Part shown: piece after piece, positions 45,681 through 58,660 of the stretch
Position numbering within the stretch: the first letter of the stretch is position 1
How the letters are laid out: every line of letters starts with the position of its first letter
NCBI GenBank assembly: GCA_045220475.1
Contig: JBGUVW010000031.1
Coordinates: forward strand, 84,088-148,087
Origin: Bacteroidaceae bacterium
GTDB taxonomy: Bacteria > Bacteroidota > Bacteroidia > Bacteroidales > Bacteroidaceae
Direction: 5' to 3'
Length of the DNA stretch: 64,000 nt
Notes under the pieces: generated by a model
The model's database searches: none
What the model was told of the DNA's origin: nothing
The model's input: the letters and a program-made list of their open reading frames with translations, nothing else
Program-made: the position numbers and the translations under genes

Positions 45681-46313
45681 TTATTTTCGGCCGAAATCAG
45701 CGGGAATCTCGCCCCACTTCTTAGTATCCCATTTGATTATCCTGTTGCGGAAACTGTTCTCCCTGAGCCAGCGCTCCGCACTCTCTATTCGTTCAAAAAC
45801 AGCCTCGGTCTCAGGTGTACGTTCCAGTTTGGTACGGCACTGTTTTTTCTGCACCCACTCTATCGCGTTACGCGAGTCACTGTAGAGCGGCCAGTCCAGC
45901 CCACGGCTCTTGTAGAGAGCCAATGCATGTACGATAGCCAGGAATTCACCGATGTTGTTCGTACCCAGAACGGGGCCGAAATGGAACTTCTCCTCCATAT
46001 CACCCAGATAGACTCCGCGGTACTCCATCTGTCCCGGATTGCCGCTGCAGGCAGCATCAACAGCCAGGGCCTGACGGATAACTTCCGGTGGAATGGGCTT
46101 TTCCTTTTTCTTGCGGCCTCCCTTATGGTCAGGAGTCTTCTTCTCTATGAAGTTCTCGGGTGGCAGGTTAATGGCTTCCTCGGCCTCCTGACGGGTATCA
46201 AAGCTTTTGTATACGGCACCTTTCCAGCCTTCTACCTGCTGTTTGCAGGCCTCCCAGGAATCATACACCCCGGGATTCACCCCAATCCAAACAACGTAAA
46301 ACTTCTGTGCCAT
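45681..46313 (-). CDS. rnhA: Ribonuclease HI with N-terminal hybrid-binding (caulimovirus VI-like) domain
   Basis: The N-terminus FYVVWIGVNPGVYDSWEACKQQVEGWKGAVYKSFDTRQEAEEA is the RNase H1 N-domain. The C-terminal RNase H fold includes DAACSGNPG. Confidence 0.88.
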   Translation of the reverse strand: MAQKFYVVWIGVNPGVYDSWEACKQQVEGWKGAVYKSFDTRQEAEEAINLPPENFIEKKTPDHKGGRKKKEKPIPPEVIRQALAVDAACSGNPGQMEYRGVYLGDMEEKFHFGPVLGTNNIGEFLAIVHALALYKSRGLDWPLYSDSRNAIEWVQKKQCRTKLERTPETEAVFERIESAERWLRENSFRNRIIKWDTKKWGEIPADFGRK

Positions 46314-46348
46314 ATCGCAAATTATATCAAATCTTGCTATCGCTGCCG

Positions 46349-46398
46349 GGGGACGGTTCTATCTGTGTCCTCCCGAGGGCACAGATAGAACCGTCCCC
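46349..46398. repeat. 50-nt near-perfect palindrome sharing the GGGGACGGTTCT core with the 6205-6331 element
   Basis: 23-bp stem (one G-U pair) with a 4-nt loop. The arm ggggacggttctatctgtg compares with ggggacggttctgtttgg at 6213-6230. Confidence 0.8.
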
Positions 46399-46435
46399 AA
46401 TCAGCACTCGCAAAGTGTATCAAGGCTTCAAGGCC

Positions 46436-48265
46436 CTACATCCTCTCCGGAACCTCAATACCCAGCAGACCCATTCCCAGCTTGATGATCTTACCGACAT
46501 TCTGAGCCAGAACCAGACGGAACATCTTAAGCTCACGGCTGGGCTCATGCATGATGCTGAAATCATGATAGAACTGGTTGAACTCCTTGGCCAGGTCATA
46601 GCAGTAGTTTGCTATTACAGACGGGTTGTAATCATCGGCCGCCTGTGCAACCACATCCTGGAATCCGTTAAGCATCTGGATAAGACCTATCTCCTTCTCG
46701 GATATCTGCGCGTTATCGGCAGCATAGAGTTTGCTGCCCAGCTTGATACCCTCATCGGCAGCCTTACGCATGATTGAGCGGATACGGGCGTATGTATACT
46801 GGATAAACGGACCGGTATTTCCGTTGAAATCGATAGATTCCTTAGGATTGAATGTCATGTTCTTGCGGGCATCGACCTTAAGTATGAAATACTTGAGGGC
46901 ACCCATACCAACAATACGCATAATCTCATCCTGCTCCTCCTTGGTCAGGCCGTCAAGTTTACCCAGATCGGCCGATGTGGCACGTGCAGTTTCAATCATC
47001 TCATCCATCAGGTCATCGGCATCAACAACCGTTCCCTCACGGCTCTTCATCTTACCCTCGGGCAACTCAACCATTCCGTATGAGAAGTGCACCAGGTCCT
47101 TACCCCACTTGAATCCCAGACGGTCAAGCAGTATGGAGAGTACCTGGAAGTGGTAGTTCTGCTCGTTTCCAACCACGTAAATCATGCGGTCAATAGGGAA
47201 ATCCTTGAAACGGAGCTGAGCAGTACCTATATCCTGAGTCATATAGACCGATGTACCGTCACTGCGCAGCAGCAGTTTCTGGTCAAGGCCGTTCTCTGCC
47301 AGGTCTGCCCATACGGAACCGTCCTCCTTGCGGAAGAACAGGCCCTTCTCCAGACCCTCCATAACGGTTTTCTTACCCTCCAGGTAGGTCTGTGACTCGT
47401 AGTATATCTTGTCAAAGCTAACGCCAAGGCGGCGGTAGGTCTCATCAAATCCGGCATATACCCAGCTGTTCATACGCTCCCACAGGGCACGAACCTCGGG
47501 GTCTCCGGCCTCCCACTTTACCAGCATGGCGTGAGCCTCCTGCATCAGGGGTGACTCCTTTTCGGCCTTGGCCTTTGCCTCCTCCTGAGCCTTCTCATCC
47601 AGATCGGCAAAGTTGGCGGGCAGCAGGCTCTTGACCTCGGCACGGAAATGCTTGTCAAACTCTACGTAGTAGTCACCGATCAGGTGATCGCCCTTTTTAC
47701 CGGTGGATTCCGGAGTAGCACCGTTACCCCACTTAAGCCAAGCAAGCATAGACTTGCAGATGTGGATACCGCGGTCGTTAACTATATTGGTCTTTACAAC
47801 CTTGTAGCCATTGGCTGCCATCACGTTTGACAGTGCACCGCCCAGCAGGTTGTTACGTACATGTCCCAGATGGAGAGGTTTATTGGTATTGGGGCTTGAG
47901 TACTCAATCATGACCAGCGGAGAGTTATCTGTAGCCTTACGCAGACCGAAAGTCTCATTGGCGTTGATATCATTGAGCATATCCATCCAAGCCGATGTGG
48001 AGATTACCAGATTCAGGAATCCCTTGATAACATTGTAAGAGCTTATCTCGTCAACATGCTCCCTGAGCCAGATTCCTATCTCACCGGCGGTCTGCTCAGG
48101 ACCCTTGCGTGACATCTTGAGATACGGGAACACCACGATGGTAAGGTGGCCCTCAAACTCCTTCTTAGTTTTCTGCACCTGGACCGATGAAGCCTCGATC
48201 TCCTGGCCGTAAAGTGCCTTGATGGCCTGTACGGTCTTTTCAGCAACCAAATTCTCTATTTTCAT
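46436..48265 (-). CDS. argS: Arginine--tRNA ligase
   Basis: 609 aa. It has a class I HIGH-like SPNTNKPLHLGHVRN motif and the C-terminal DALR anticodon-binding domain. Confidence 0.97.
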   Translation of the reverse strand: MKIENLVAEKTVQAIKALYGQEIEASSVQVQKTKKEFEGHLTIVVFPYLKMSRKGPEQTAGEIGIWLREHVDEISSYNVIKGFLNLVISTSAWMDMLNDINANETFGLRKATDNSPLVMIEYSSPNTNKPLHLGHVRNNLLGGALSNVMAANGYKVVKTNIVNDRGIHICKSMLAWLKWGNGATPESTGKKGDHLIGDYYVEFDKHFRAEVKSLLPANFADLDEKAQEEAKAKAEKESPLMQEAHAMLVKWEAGDPEVRALWERMNSWVYAGFDETYRRLGVSFDKIYYESQTYLEGKKTVMEGLEKGLFFRKEDGSVWADLAENGLDQKLLLRSDGTSVYMTQDIGTAQLRFKDFPIDRMIYVVGNEQNYHFQVLSILLDRLGFKWGKDLVHFSYGMVELPEGKMKSREGTVVDADDLMDEMIETARATSADLGKLDGLTKEEQDEIMRIVGMGALKYFILKVDARKNMTFNPKESIDFNGNTGPFIQYTYARIRSIMRKAADEGIKLGSKLYAADNAQISEKEIGLIQMLNGFQDVVAQAADDYNPSVIANYCYDLAKEFNQFYHDFSIMHEPSRELKMFRLVLAQNVGKIIKLGMGLLGIEVPERM

Positions 48266-48284
48266 ATTATCATATTATGGACCG

Positions 48285-48292
48285 CAAAGTTA
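48285..48292 (-). promoter_or_regulatory. -7 box TAACTTTG for argS
   Basis: The plus strand reads caaagtta, 20 nt upstream of the ATG at 48265. Confidence 0.4.
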
Positions 48293-48305
48293 CTGAAAAA
48301 ATGGC

Positions 48306-48313
48306 TATTTTTG
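48306..48313 (+). promoter_or_regulatory. -7 box TATTTTTG for the rhomboid operon
   Basis: Exact consensus, 19 nt upstream of the ATG at 48332. Confidence 0.4.
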
Positions 48314-48331
48314 CAGCCCACTACATAGATT

Positions 48332-49021
48332 ATGAATAAACTACCACCTATAACAAAAAATCTGCTCATCATCAACGTATTGTGTTGGATGGGAACCATG
48401 GCTTTGGCCAAGTACGGAATAGACCTGCACAAGCTGTTCGGACTGCATTTCTTCCTTGCGCCGAGTTTCAAGATATGGCAATTGATAACATACATGTTCC
48501 TGCATGAAGGATTCCAGCATCTCTTCTTCAACATGTTTGCGGTCTGGATGTTCGGCCGTATCATGGAGATGCAGTGGGGTTCAAAACGATTCCTCTGGTT
48601 CTACCTCATTTGCGGTATCGGAGCCGGACTCACCCAGGAGCTGCTCCAGTTTGCAGAGTATCAGATAACCCTGGCCAGTTTAGGTGATGACCTCACACCC
48701 GAGCTCATTCAAAGGCTCAGATTATACATGAACGCATTCCTTACCGTGGGTGCATCGGGAGCCGTTTACGGAATACTTCTGGGTTACGGAATGACATTCC
48801 CCAACAACCAGCTGTTCATCATACCCATCCCGTTCCCCATCAAGGCCAAGTGGCTTGTTGTAGGTTACATTGTTCTGGAGCTTGCACTCGGACTGCGCAA
48901 CAGCACATCTGATAATGTGGCCCATTTTGCCCATCTGGGCGGCATGCTGGCCGGATTCCTTTTGATACTCTACTGGAAACACAAGGAGCGTAAGAACAAT
49001 CATATCAATTTCACCTGGTAA
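48332..49021 (+). CDS. Rhomboid-family intramembrane serine protease
   Basis: It carries HEGFQHLFFNM, GASGAVYG (catalytic Ser) and AHLGG (catalytic His). Confidence 0.88.
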   Translation: MNKLPPITKNLLIINVLCWMGTMALAKYGIDLHKLFGLHFFLAPSFKIWQLITYMFLHEGFQHLFFNMFAVWMFGRIMEMQWGSKRFLWFYLICGIGAGLTQELLQFAEYQITLASLGDDLTPELIQRLRLYMNAFLTVGASGAVYGILLGYGMTFPNNQLFIIPIPFPIKAKWLVVGYIVLELALGLRNSTSDNVAHFAHLGGMLAGFLLILYWKHKERKNNHINFTW

Positions 49022-49734
49022 TGAATCTGCTTAGGGAACTTAAAATCAAATACCTCACAGGAGATATACTTACACGACTGCTGATCATAAACTGCGGAGT
49101 GTTTGTAATCCTGCTTTTAATGGACATCACATTCACACTTTTCTCTTTTGGCGAGGACAAGTTCGCATTCATTGTATGCAACTATCCGTGGAGTCCGTAT
49201 CTGATTGCCAAAAGACCCTGGTGTCTGGTTACATCACTCTTTGCCAGCGGCGGTCTGTGGAACCTGCTCTTCAACATGGTCATGCTCTACTGGCTTGGCG
49301 GGGTGTTCCTAAGATTCTACACATCAAATAACCTGCGCGGCCTTTACATAATGGGCGGAATAGCAGGAATGCTCCTTTTCACCGCGGTATTCATGCTCTT
49401 TCCGTCACTGCAGCTCAAGGACTGGACCCAGAACATGCCTCTTTGTTCGGCCTGTATCCTGGCGTTCTGCACCGCGCTTGCACTGCGTGCTCCCAACTGG
49501 ACAGAACCCATTCCGCTTGTAGGTCCCATCAAGGTAAAGTACATAGTAATCACGCTTGCAGCCGTTGACGTAGCCCTCATACCTCATGTAAACCCCGCCT
49601 ATGACGCCGCCCATCTGGGTGCAGCCGCTATAGGTTGGCTGTTCTACTACATGCTGCGTAAGGGTAAGGACATAACAGCTCCTGTCACCGCCGTGGCTGT
49701 ACTGATTGACAGAATTTTCAGCAAAAAGAGATGA
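49021..49734 (+). CDS. Divergent rhomboid-like membrane protein
   Basis: Polytopic, with NLLFNM and AAHLGAAAIG motifs. The Ser box is unclear (GGIAGM or LCSAC). Its start overlaps the upstream stop. Confidence 0.6.
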   Translation: MNLLRELKIKYLTGDILTRLLIINCGVFVILLLMDITFTLFSFGEDKFAFIVCNYPWSPYLIAKRPWCLVTSLFASGGLWNLLFNMVMLYWLGGVFLRFYTSNNLRGLYIMGGIAGMLLFTAVFMLFPSLQLKDWTQNMPLCSACILAFCTALALRAPNWTEPIPLVGPIKVKYIVITLAAVDVALIPHVNPAYDAAHLGAAAIGWLFYYMLRKGKDITAPVTAVAVLIDRIFSKKR

Positions 49735-50810
49735 AAATCCTGGGTAAACTGCTGGCATATCCGCTCATGGCAGTCAATATCGTGGCCGCCCTGCTTCTCA
49801 TATTCAGTTGCTACGGATCACTGGCAGCACCCATCGGCAAGTGGCCGTTTGCGTCACTGTCCGGCCTGGCGTTTCCGTTCCTGTACCTGCTCAACCTGCT
49901 TTTCCTTCTGTTCTGGCTCATCACCTGGAAAAAGGGGGCACTTATCCCGCTGGCAACCATAATAATCTCACTTGCTCCCACACTCAAGTACTTTCCGCTG
50001 CACTTTCTTGCCCCCAGTCAGGCAACTGAGCCCTATCTTACGGTTGTAACCTATAACACTGAGGCGTTTGGAATAAACGTCAACAATGACGGTTCTGTTA
50101 CCAATCCCCTTCTCAATTACACCATGGACCTTGATGCCGATATCATCCTGTTCCAGGAGGCATTTCCGGATATGATGGAGAAGATATTGAAAAGCCGTGA
50201 CATCAAGAGCCGATATCCTTACATCACCAAGTCATCGGGATCCACGGGGGAATCCTGCATGTCAAAATATCCCATAGTCCATACAGAGAACATCAGTTTT
50301 GAAGGTACAAGCAACAGCTGCCAGCACGTAAGGGTTCTTATAGGAAAGGACACTTTGGCCGTCTACAACTGCCATCTACAGTCCAATCAATTGGGAGGAT
50401 CAGAGATATCAGAATACCAGAGTTTCATTATGCACCCCACGGACAGCACCCACTACGGCACTTCCAAGAAGGTTCTTAAGAAACTGCTTGAGTCCACATC
50501 CATGAGAGCTGCCCAGGCCCGCATCATCGCAGACCGCGCCCGTACTGAAACTGCAAAATATGTAATTGTTTGCGGTGATTTCAATGACACCCCGTTGTCA
50601 TATGCCCACAGTGTCTTTAACCGTTTCATGTATGACGCATATGCCAAATCCGGCGTTGGAATGGGCATAACCTACCACGAACACAATCTCTATTACCGCA
50701 TAGACCACATCCTCTGCAGCCGTAACATCACACCCCTGCACACCCGTGTAGACCGCACCCAAAAGGACAGCGACCACTATCCCGTCATCAGCAAAGTCCG
50801 ATTGGAATAG
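49731..50810 (+). CDS. Endonuclease/exonuclease/phosphatase (EEP) family protein with N-terminal TM segments
   Basis: It has C-terminal DHILCS and SDHYPV motifs typical of the EEP fold. ATGA overlap with the upstream gene. Confidence 0.8.
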   Translation: MKILGKLLAYPLMAVNIVAALLLIFSCYGSLAAPIGKWPFASLSGLAFPFLYLLNLLFLLFWLITWKKGALIPLATIIISLAPTLKYFPLHFLAPSQATEPYLTVVTYNTEAFGINVNNDGSVTNPLLNYTMDLDADIILFQEAFPDMMEKILKSRDIKSRYPYITKSSGSTGESCMSKYPIVHTENISFEGTSNSCQHVRVLIGKDTLAVYNCHLQSNQLGGSEISEYQSFIMHPTDSTHYGTSKKVLKKLLESTSMRAAQARIIADRARTETAKYVIVCGDFNDTPLSYAHSVFNRFMYDAYAKSGVGMGITYHEHNLYYRIDHILCSRNITPLHTRVDRTQKDSDHYPVISKVRLE

Positions 50811-50814
50811 AAAC

Positions 50815-54048
<3,234 letters not shown>

Positions 54049-54092
54049 TTACGCACATACGCGCACAAAAATAATATTAACATAAAAACAGT

Positions 54093-57086
54093 ATGCAAAA
54101 CAAAGGATTCGTAAAGATTTTTGCGATAGCACTGACACTGGTTTGTCTGTTCTATCTCTCCTTTACCTTCAAGACACGCAGCATTGAGAAACATGCTGCA
54201 CAGAGCCAGGATGAGCAGGCCTATCTGGACTCTGTGATGAACAAAAAGGTCTGGCTTGGTATTTATTCATACAGAGAGTGCCGTGAAATGCAGATCGGCC
54301 TTGGACTGGACCTCAAGGGCGGTATGAACGTCATCATGGAGGTTTCAATCCCCGACGTAGTCAAAGCTCTGGCAAACAACACTCAGGACCGCATGTTCAA
54401 CGAGGTTCTGAATGCAGCCAAGAAGCGCTCAGTAAGCAGCCAGGAGAACTTCGTGGACATTTTTGCTCAGGAGTTTGCCAAGACCGCAGGTGCCGATGCA
54501 AAACTGAGTTCATTCTTCACAACTTCAAATCTTAAGGAGCAGATAAACTCTCAGACTCCCAACGAGCAGGTAATTGAAGTACTCAAGAATGAGGTTGCAA
54601 GCGCTGTAAGCAACTCATTCCTGGTATTGCGTGCCCGTATTGACCGTTTCGGTGTGGCTCAGCCCAACATCCAGGAGCTGGCCGGCAAGCAGGGACGTAT
54701 CATGGTTGAGCTTCCCGGCGTAAAGGAGCCCGAGCGTGTTCGTAAGCTCCTCCAGGGTTCAGCTAACCTTGAGTTCTGGGAGACATATAAACTGTCTGAG
54801 GTTTCAGACATCCTTACACGTGTAGACAGCCGTCTGGCTCTCAAATATGCCGATGAGAATCCTGAGGAGGTTAAGGCCGATGAGGCTCCCGCACAGGAGA
54901 CAGCTCAGGCTGAGGAGACAGAACTGGACGGACTTATTGAGGCCGATGCCGATGACAACAACCAGCTGAGTGCTGCAGAGCGTGAGCAGATTCTTAAGAA
55001 CCATCCTCTGCTGGGCCGTCTCACCTCAACATGGTGCGAGTGGGCTGCCGGTATCGCTCACTATTCAGATACCGCCGAGATCAACCGCATGCTGAACAGC
55101 GCCGAGGCTAAGGCTATCATACCGCGTGACCTCAAGTTCCTGTGGGGTGTAAAGCCTGTTTCTGAGTCAAACAGCCAGTACTTTGAGCTTTACCTCATCA
55201 AGAGCGACAACAAGAACGGTCAGTGTGACCTGGCCGGTGACGTAATCACCGAGGCTAAGGCAGACTTCGCTCAGATGAGCGGACGTCCTATCGTAAGCAT
55301 GGCCATGAACTCTGAGGGCGCTCGCCGTTGGGCTACACTCACCAAGCAGAATGTAGACCGTGGTATCGCCATCGTTCTTGACGGTTATGTATACAGTGCT
55401 CCCACCGTTAACGGAGAGATTCCCAACGGACGTTCAGAGATCTCAGGTAACTTTACCGTTGAGGATACTCAGGACCTTGCCAACGTTCTTAAATCCGGTA
55501 AGATGCCCGCTCCCGCCAAGATCGTACAGGAGGACATCGTTGGTCCTTCACTGGGTCAGGAGTCAATCCAGAAGGGATTCACATCATTCATCATAGCATT
55601 CATCATCCTGATGATCTATATGTGCGTCATCTACGGATTCATTCCGGGTATGATTGCCAATGGAGCACTGCTGCTCAACTTCTTCTTCACTCTGGGTATC
55701 CTTACCTCATTCCAGGCTGCCCTGACAATGTCAGGTATCGCCGGTATCGTACTTACCCTGGGTATGGCGGTTGATGCCAATGTGCTTATCTACGAGCGCA
55801 CCAAGGAGGAACTCAAGGGTGGCAAGAGCGTTCAGTCAGCTCTCACAGACGGTTACAAGAACGCCTTCTCAGCTATCTTTGACTCTAACTTCACATCAAT
55901 CATCACCGGTATCATCCTGTTCAACTTCGGTACAGGTCCTATCCGCGGATTCGCCACCACACTTATCATCGGTATCATCTGCTCATTCTTTACCGCAGTA
56001 TTCCTGACACGTATCGTATATGAGCACTTCCTTGGTAAGGGTAAGCTGCAGAACCTCACATTCACCACTACTGTATCCAAGAACATGATGCAGAACACTG
56101 CTGTCAAGTTCATGGAGAACGCCAAGAAGTCATTCTCAGTATTCGGTATTGCCGCTATCATCTGCATCGCCTTCCTGGCTGTACGCGGACTGAGCAAGAG
56201 TATTGACTTTACAGGTGGCCGTAACTTCGTGGTTCAGTTTGAGAATCCCGTTGAGCCCGAGGAGGTTCGCGCTATCCTTCAGGATGTAATTACTGAGGAC
56301 AACGTCCAGGCTATCGCTCTGGGTACCGATCACAAGACAATCCGTATCTCTACCAACTATCGTATAGATGAGGATTCTGAGAATATTGACTCAGAGATTG
56401 AGGAGTTCCTCTTCACATCACTCAAGAAAGCCGGCAAGCTCAGCTCAGACCTGACACTGGCTAGATTCATCGATCGTGAGAACCGCGACGGCGGCTCAAT
56501 CATCAGTTCACAGAAGGTTGGTCCTTCAATTGCCGAGGATATCACACGCGGTGCTATCATCTCAGTGATCCTGGCTCTGATTGCCATCTTCCTGTACATC
56601 CTGATCCGTTTCCGCAACGTAGCTTACTCAGTAGGTGCTATATTCGCCCTCTGCTTTGATACCCTTATAATAATAGGTATGTATTCAATCTGCTGGGGCT
56701 GGATGCCGTTCTCACTTGAGATTGACCAGACATTCATCGGTGCCGTACTTACCGCTATCGGTTACTCAATCAACGATAAGGTGGTTATTTTTGACCGTAT
56801 CCGTGAGTTCACCGGTCTCTATCCCAAGCGTAACCGCAAGCAGTTGTTTGACGATGCCCTGAACACCACACTGGCTCGTACCATCAACACATCAGTAAGT
56901 ACATTGATCGTGCTGTTGGCTATCTTCTTCCTGGGTGGTGACAGCATCCGCAGCTTTGCATTCGCAATGATCCTGGGTGTTGTATTCGGCACTTGCTCAT
57001 CACTGTTCGTTGCCGCTCCTACCGCTTACGTGGTTATGAAGAAAACCAAGAAAGAGAAGGAGGAGATTGCAGCAGCCAAGGAATAA
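54093..57086 (+). CDS. secDF: Protein translocase subunit SecDF (fused)
   Basis: 997 aa. A SecD-like periplasmic domain and 6-TM bundle are followed by a second SecF-like 6-TM bundle. Confidence 0.95.
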   Translation: MQNKGFVKIFAIALTLVCLFYLSFTFKTRSIEKHAAQSQDEQAYLDSVMNKKVWLGIYSYRECREMQIGLGLDLKGGMNVIMEVSIPDVVKALANNTQDRMFNEVLNAAKKRSVSSQENFVDIFAQEFAKTAGADAKLSSFFTTSNLKEQINSQTPNEQVIEVLKNEVASAVSNSFLVLRARIDRFGVAQPNIQELAGKQGRIMVELPGVKEPERVRKLLQGSANLEFWETYKLSEVSDILTRVDSRLALKYADENPEEVKADEAPAQETAQAEETELDGLIEADADDNNQLSAAEREQILKNHPLLGRLTSTWCEWAAGIAHYSDTAEINRMLNSAEAKAIIPRDLKFLWGVKPVSESNSQYFELYLIKSDNKNGQCDLAGDVITEAKADFAQMSGRPIVSMAMNSEGARRWATLTKQNVDRGIAIVLDGYVYSAPTVNGEIPNGRSEISGNFTVEDTQDLANVLKSGKMPAPAKIVQEDIVGPSLGQESIQKGFTSFIIAFIILMIYMCVIYGFIPGMIANGALLLNFFFTLGILTSFQAALTMSGIAGIVLTLGMAVDANVLIYERTKEELKGGKSVQSALTDGYKNAFSAIFDSNFTSIITGIILFNFGTGPIRGFATTLIIGIICSFFTAVFLTRIVYEHFLGKGKLQNLTFTTTVSKNMMQNTAVKFMENAKKSFSVFGIAAIICIAFLAVRGLSKSIDFTGGRNFVVQFENPVEPEEVRAILQDVITEDNVQAIALGTDHKTIRISTNYRIDEDSENIDSEIEEFLFTSLKKAGKLSSDLTLARFIDRENRDGGSIISSQKVGPSIAEDITRGAIISVILALIAIFLYILIRFRNVAYSVGAIFALCFDTLIIIGMYSICWGWMPFSLEIDQTFIGAVLTAIGYSINDKVVIFDRIREFTGLYPKRNRKQLFDDALNTTLARTINTSVSTLIVLLAIFFLGGDSIRSFAFAMILGVVFGTCSSLFVAAPTAYVVMKKTKKEKEEIAAAKE

Positions 57087-57106
57087 GGCGCCAATTGACA
57101 ATTAAA

Positions 57107-57147
57107 TGGCCGGGGCCCTCATTTTGAGGAGCCCCGGTCATTTTTTT
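57107..57147 (+). terminator. Intrinsic terminator after secDF
   Basis: GC-rich stem (ccgggg...ccccgg with inner cctca/tgagg) followed by a run of 8 T. Confidence 0.8.
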
Positions 57148-57208
57148 TATGAAAGATTATTTACATGTTAACTAAATTACGATATTTGTAACAACCAATA
57201 ATTAATTA

Positions 57209-58441
57209 ATGCAAATGAGAACGAGACTTATTTCAGTAGTCATGTCGGCATTGTTTGTCATGCCGGTTGCAGCCCAAAAGGTCAACACTGATTCCATCAA
57301 GGCTGAGATGGATAAGATTGAAATTACCAATCAGGGTATGAAACAGGTAATTGAGAACTATAAGAAAGGTGTTATTAAGGGAGACCTTGAATCCATGAAC
57401 CTTCTGGGAATGGAATGCATGACTGGCCAGTATGTAAAGAGCAATCCTGAGATGGGACTGAATCTTCTTGACGCAGCCGCCAAGCAGAATTATGTAGAAG
57501 CCCAGTACAATCTGTCAAGCTACTATTACATGTTCTGGCTGAGCCAGCCCAAGACCACCGCATATTTTACAACAGCATCAAAGTGGCTTAAGAAGGCTGT
57601 AAAGGCCGGTGATAACCGCTCCATCATCCTGCTGGCCCGTTTTTATAATGATTACGGAATCTACAAGAAAGATCCCTCATACGTAGAAGGCGGCATCAAG
57701 ATTCTTGAGGGATACCCCAAGATTGATGAGGTCAACAATAAGGATGAGAATGTCCTGAATGCACAGGCTTGTCTGGGAACTCTCTGCCTTGGCAAGTGGC
57801 GTATGGACAATGATACCGTAGCACTGTGCGGAGCCAAGAAATGGTATCAGATACTGCTTAAGTCAGAAATGCAGTTCCCCAATTATTCACAATACATTGA
57901 CTCTCTGCAGAAAGTCCTGAACATGGGTGTCCCCACCAGAATTGACCCCATGCCTACAGCACAGCAGATTGAGGACTCCAAGAAACCTGCCACAGGTGGC
58001 AGAGGCGGATTCCCCGGTGGAGGCGGATTCCCCGGTGGAGGAGCTCCCGGCGGTTTCCCTGGTGGTGCTCCCGGTGGTGCCCCTGGCGGTGCCCCTCAGG
58101 GCCCGGCTGCCCCAACAGCCACATTCCTTGGAGGTCCTGCCCAGATGCAGCAGTTCATCAGATCCAACACCTTATATCCTGACAACCTCAAGAGCCAGAA
58201 GATAAACGGCCAGGTAGGTGTGGAATTCACTGTTGATACAGACGGATCCATCCAGAATCCCCATATAGTAAGAGAGGGACAGGTTCCGTTCATGAACCAG
58301 GAGGCTCTTAGAGTAGTGATGATCATGCCTGACTTTATCCCGGCTACACAGGAGGACGGTACTCCCGTCAAGGCTACACAGACCGTAAACGTAAGCTTTG
58401 GTGCCGGCGGCAGAGGCGGTATGGGAGGATTCGGATTCTAA
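57209..58441 (+). CDS. Secreted Sel1-like repeat protein with Gly/Pro-rich linker and TonB C-terminal domain
   Basis: Signal peptide. Sel1-like repeats include GDLESMNLLGMECMTGQYV and AAKQNYVEAQYNLSSYY. The linker is GGRGGFPGGGGFPGGGAPGGFPGGAPGGAPGGAP. The TonB_C-like end is INGQVGVEFTVDTDGSIQNPHIV. Confidence 0.7.
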   Translation: MQMRTRLISVVMSALFVMPVAAQKVNTDSIKAEMDKIEITNQGMKQVIENYKKGVIKGDLESMNLLGMECMTGQYVKSNPEMGLNLLDAAAKQNYVEAQYNLSSYYYMFWLSQPKTTAYFTTASKWLKKAVKAGDNRSIILLARFYNDYGIYKKDPSYVEGGIKILEGYPKIDEVNNKDENVLNAQACLGTLCLGKWRMDNDTVALCGAKKWYQILLKSEMQFPNYSQYIDSLQKVLNMGVPTRIDPMPTAQQIEDSKKPATGGRGGFPGGGGFPGGGAPGGFPGGAPGGAPGGAPQGPAAPTATFLGGPAQMQQFIRSNTLYPDNLKSQKINGQVGVEFTVDTDGSIQNPHIVREGQVPFMNQEALRVVMIMPDFIPATQEDGTPVKATQTVNVSFGAGGRGGMGGFGF

Positions 58442-58464
58442 AATCCCCGTACATATAAGATAAG

Positions 58465-58501
58465 GAGAAAGCCTGGTTTTTATCAGGCTTTCTCTTTTTT
58501 T
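58465..58501 (+). terminator. Intrinsic terminator
   Basis: 11-bp stem gagaaagcctg/caggctttctc followed by a run of 7 T. Confidence 0.85.
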
Positions 58502-58608
58502 GCATAAATCAGTCTGAAATATTTTGCATATATACGGTATAATCAAAGAAATAATACAAAATGTCTGCTAAATAGCTTTAAAACTGAATAATTTATGGAA
58601 TAATCTTG

Positions 58609-58616
58609 TAATTTTG
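58609..58616 (+). promoter_or_regulatory. -7 box TAATTTTG for korAB
   Basis: Exact consensus, 45 nt upstream of the ATG at 58661. Confidence 0.45.
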
Positions 58617-58660
58617 CGCCGTTTTAGTATGCAGAATCAATAAACACTATACAAAAAGAT

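Noticed and set aside
45633-46388. 251-aa plus-strand ORF.
   Set aside because: It is antisense to the well-supported RNase HI gene and crosses the 46349-46398 palindrome. The translation is low-complexity.
49021-49734. Idea that the second rhomboid-like protein is a catalytically dead pseudoprotease.
   Set aside because: The GxSG box is not obvious (GGIAGM), but an alternative alignment places Ser in LCSAC at the correct distance from the AHLG His. I cannot decide this without a profile alignment, so it is not reported as a finding.
57985-58095. Short tandem DNA repeats (ggcggattccccggtgga-type units) that could be mistaken for a VNTR or mini-array.
   Set aside because: They lie in frame inside the TonB_C-domain protein and encode its GGFPGG/APGG linker, so they are a coding low-complexity repeat.
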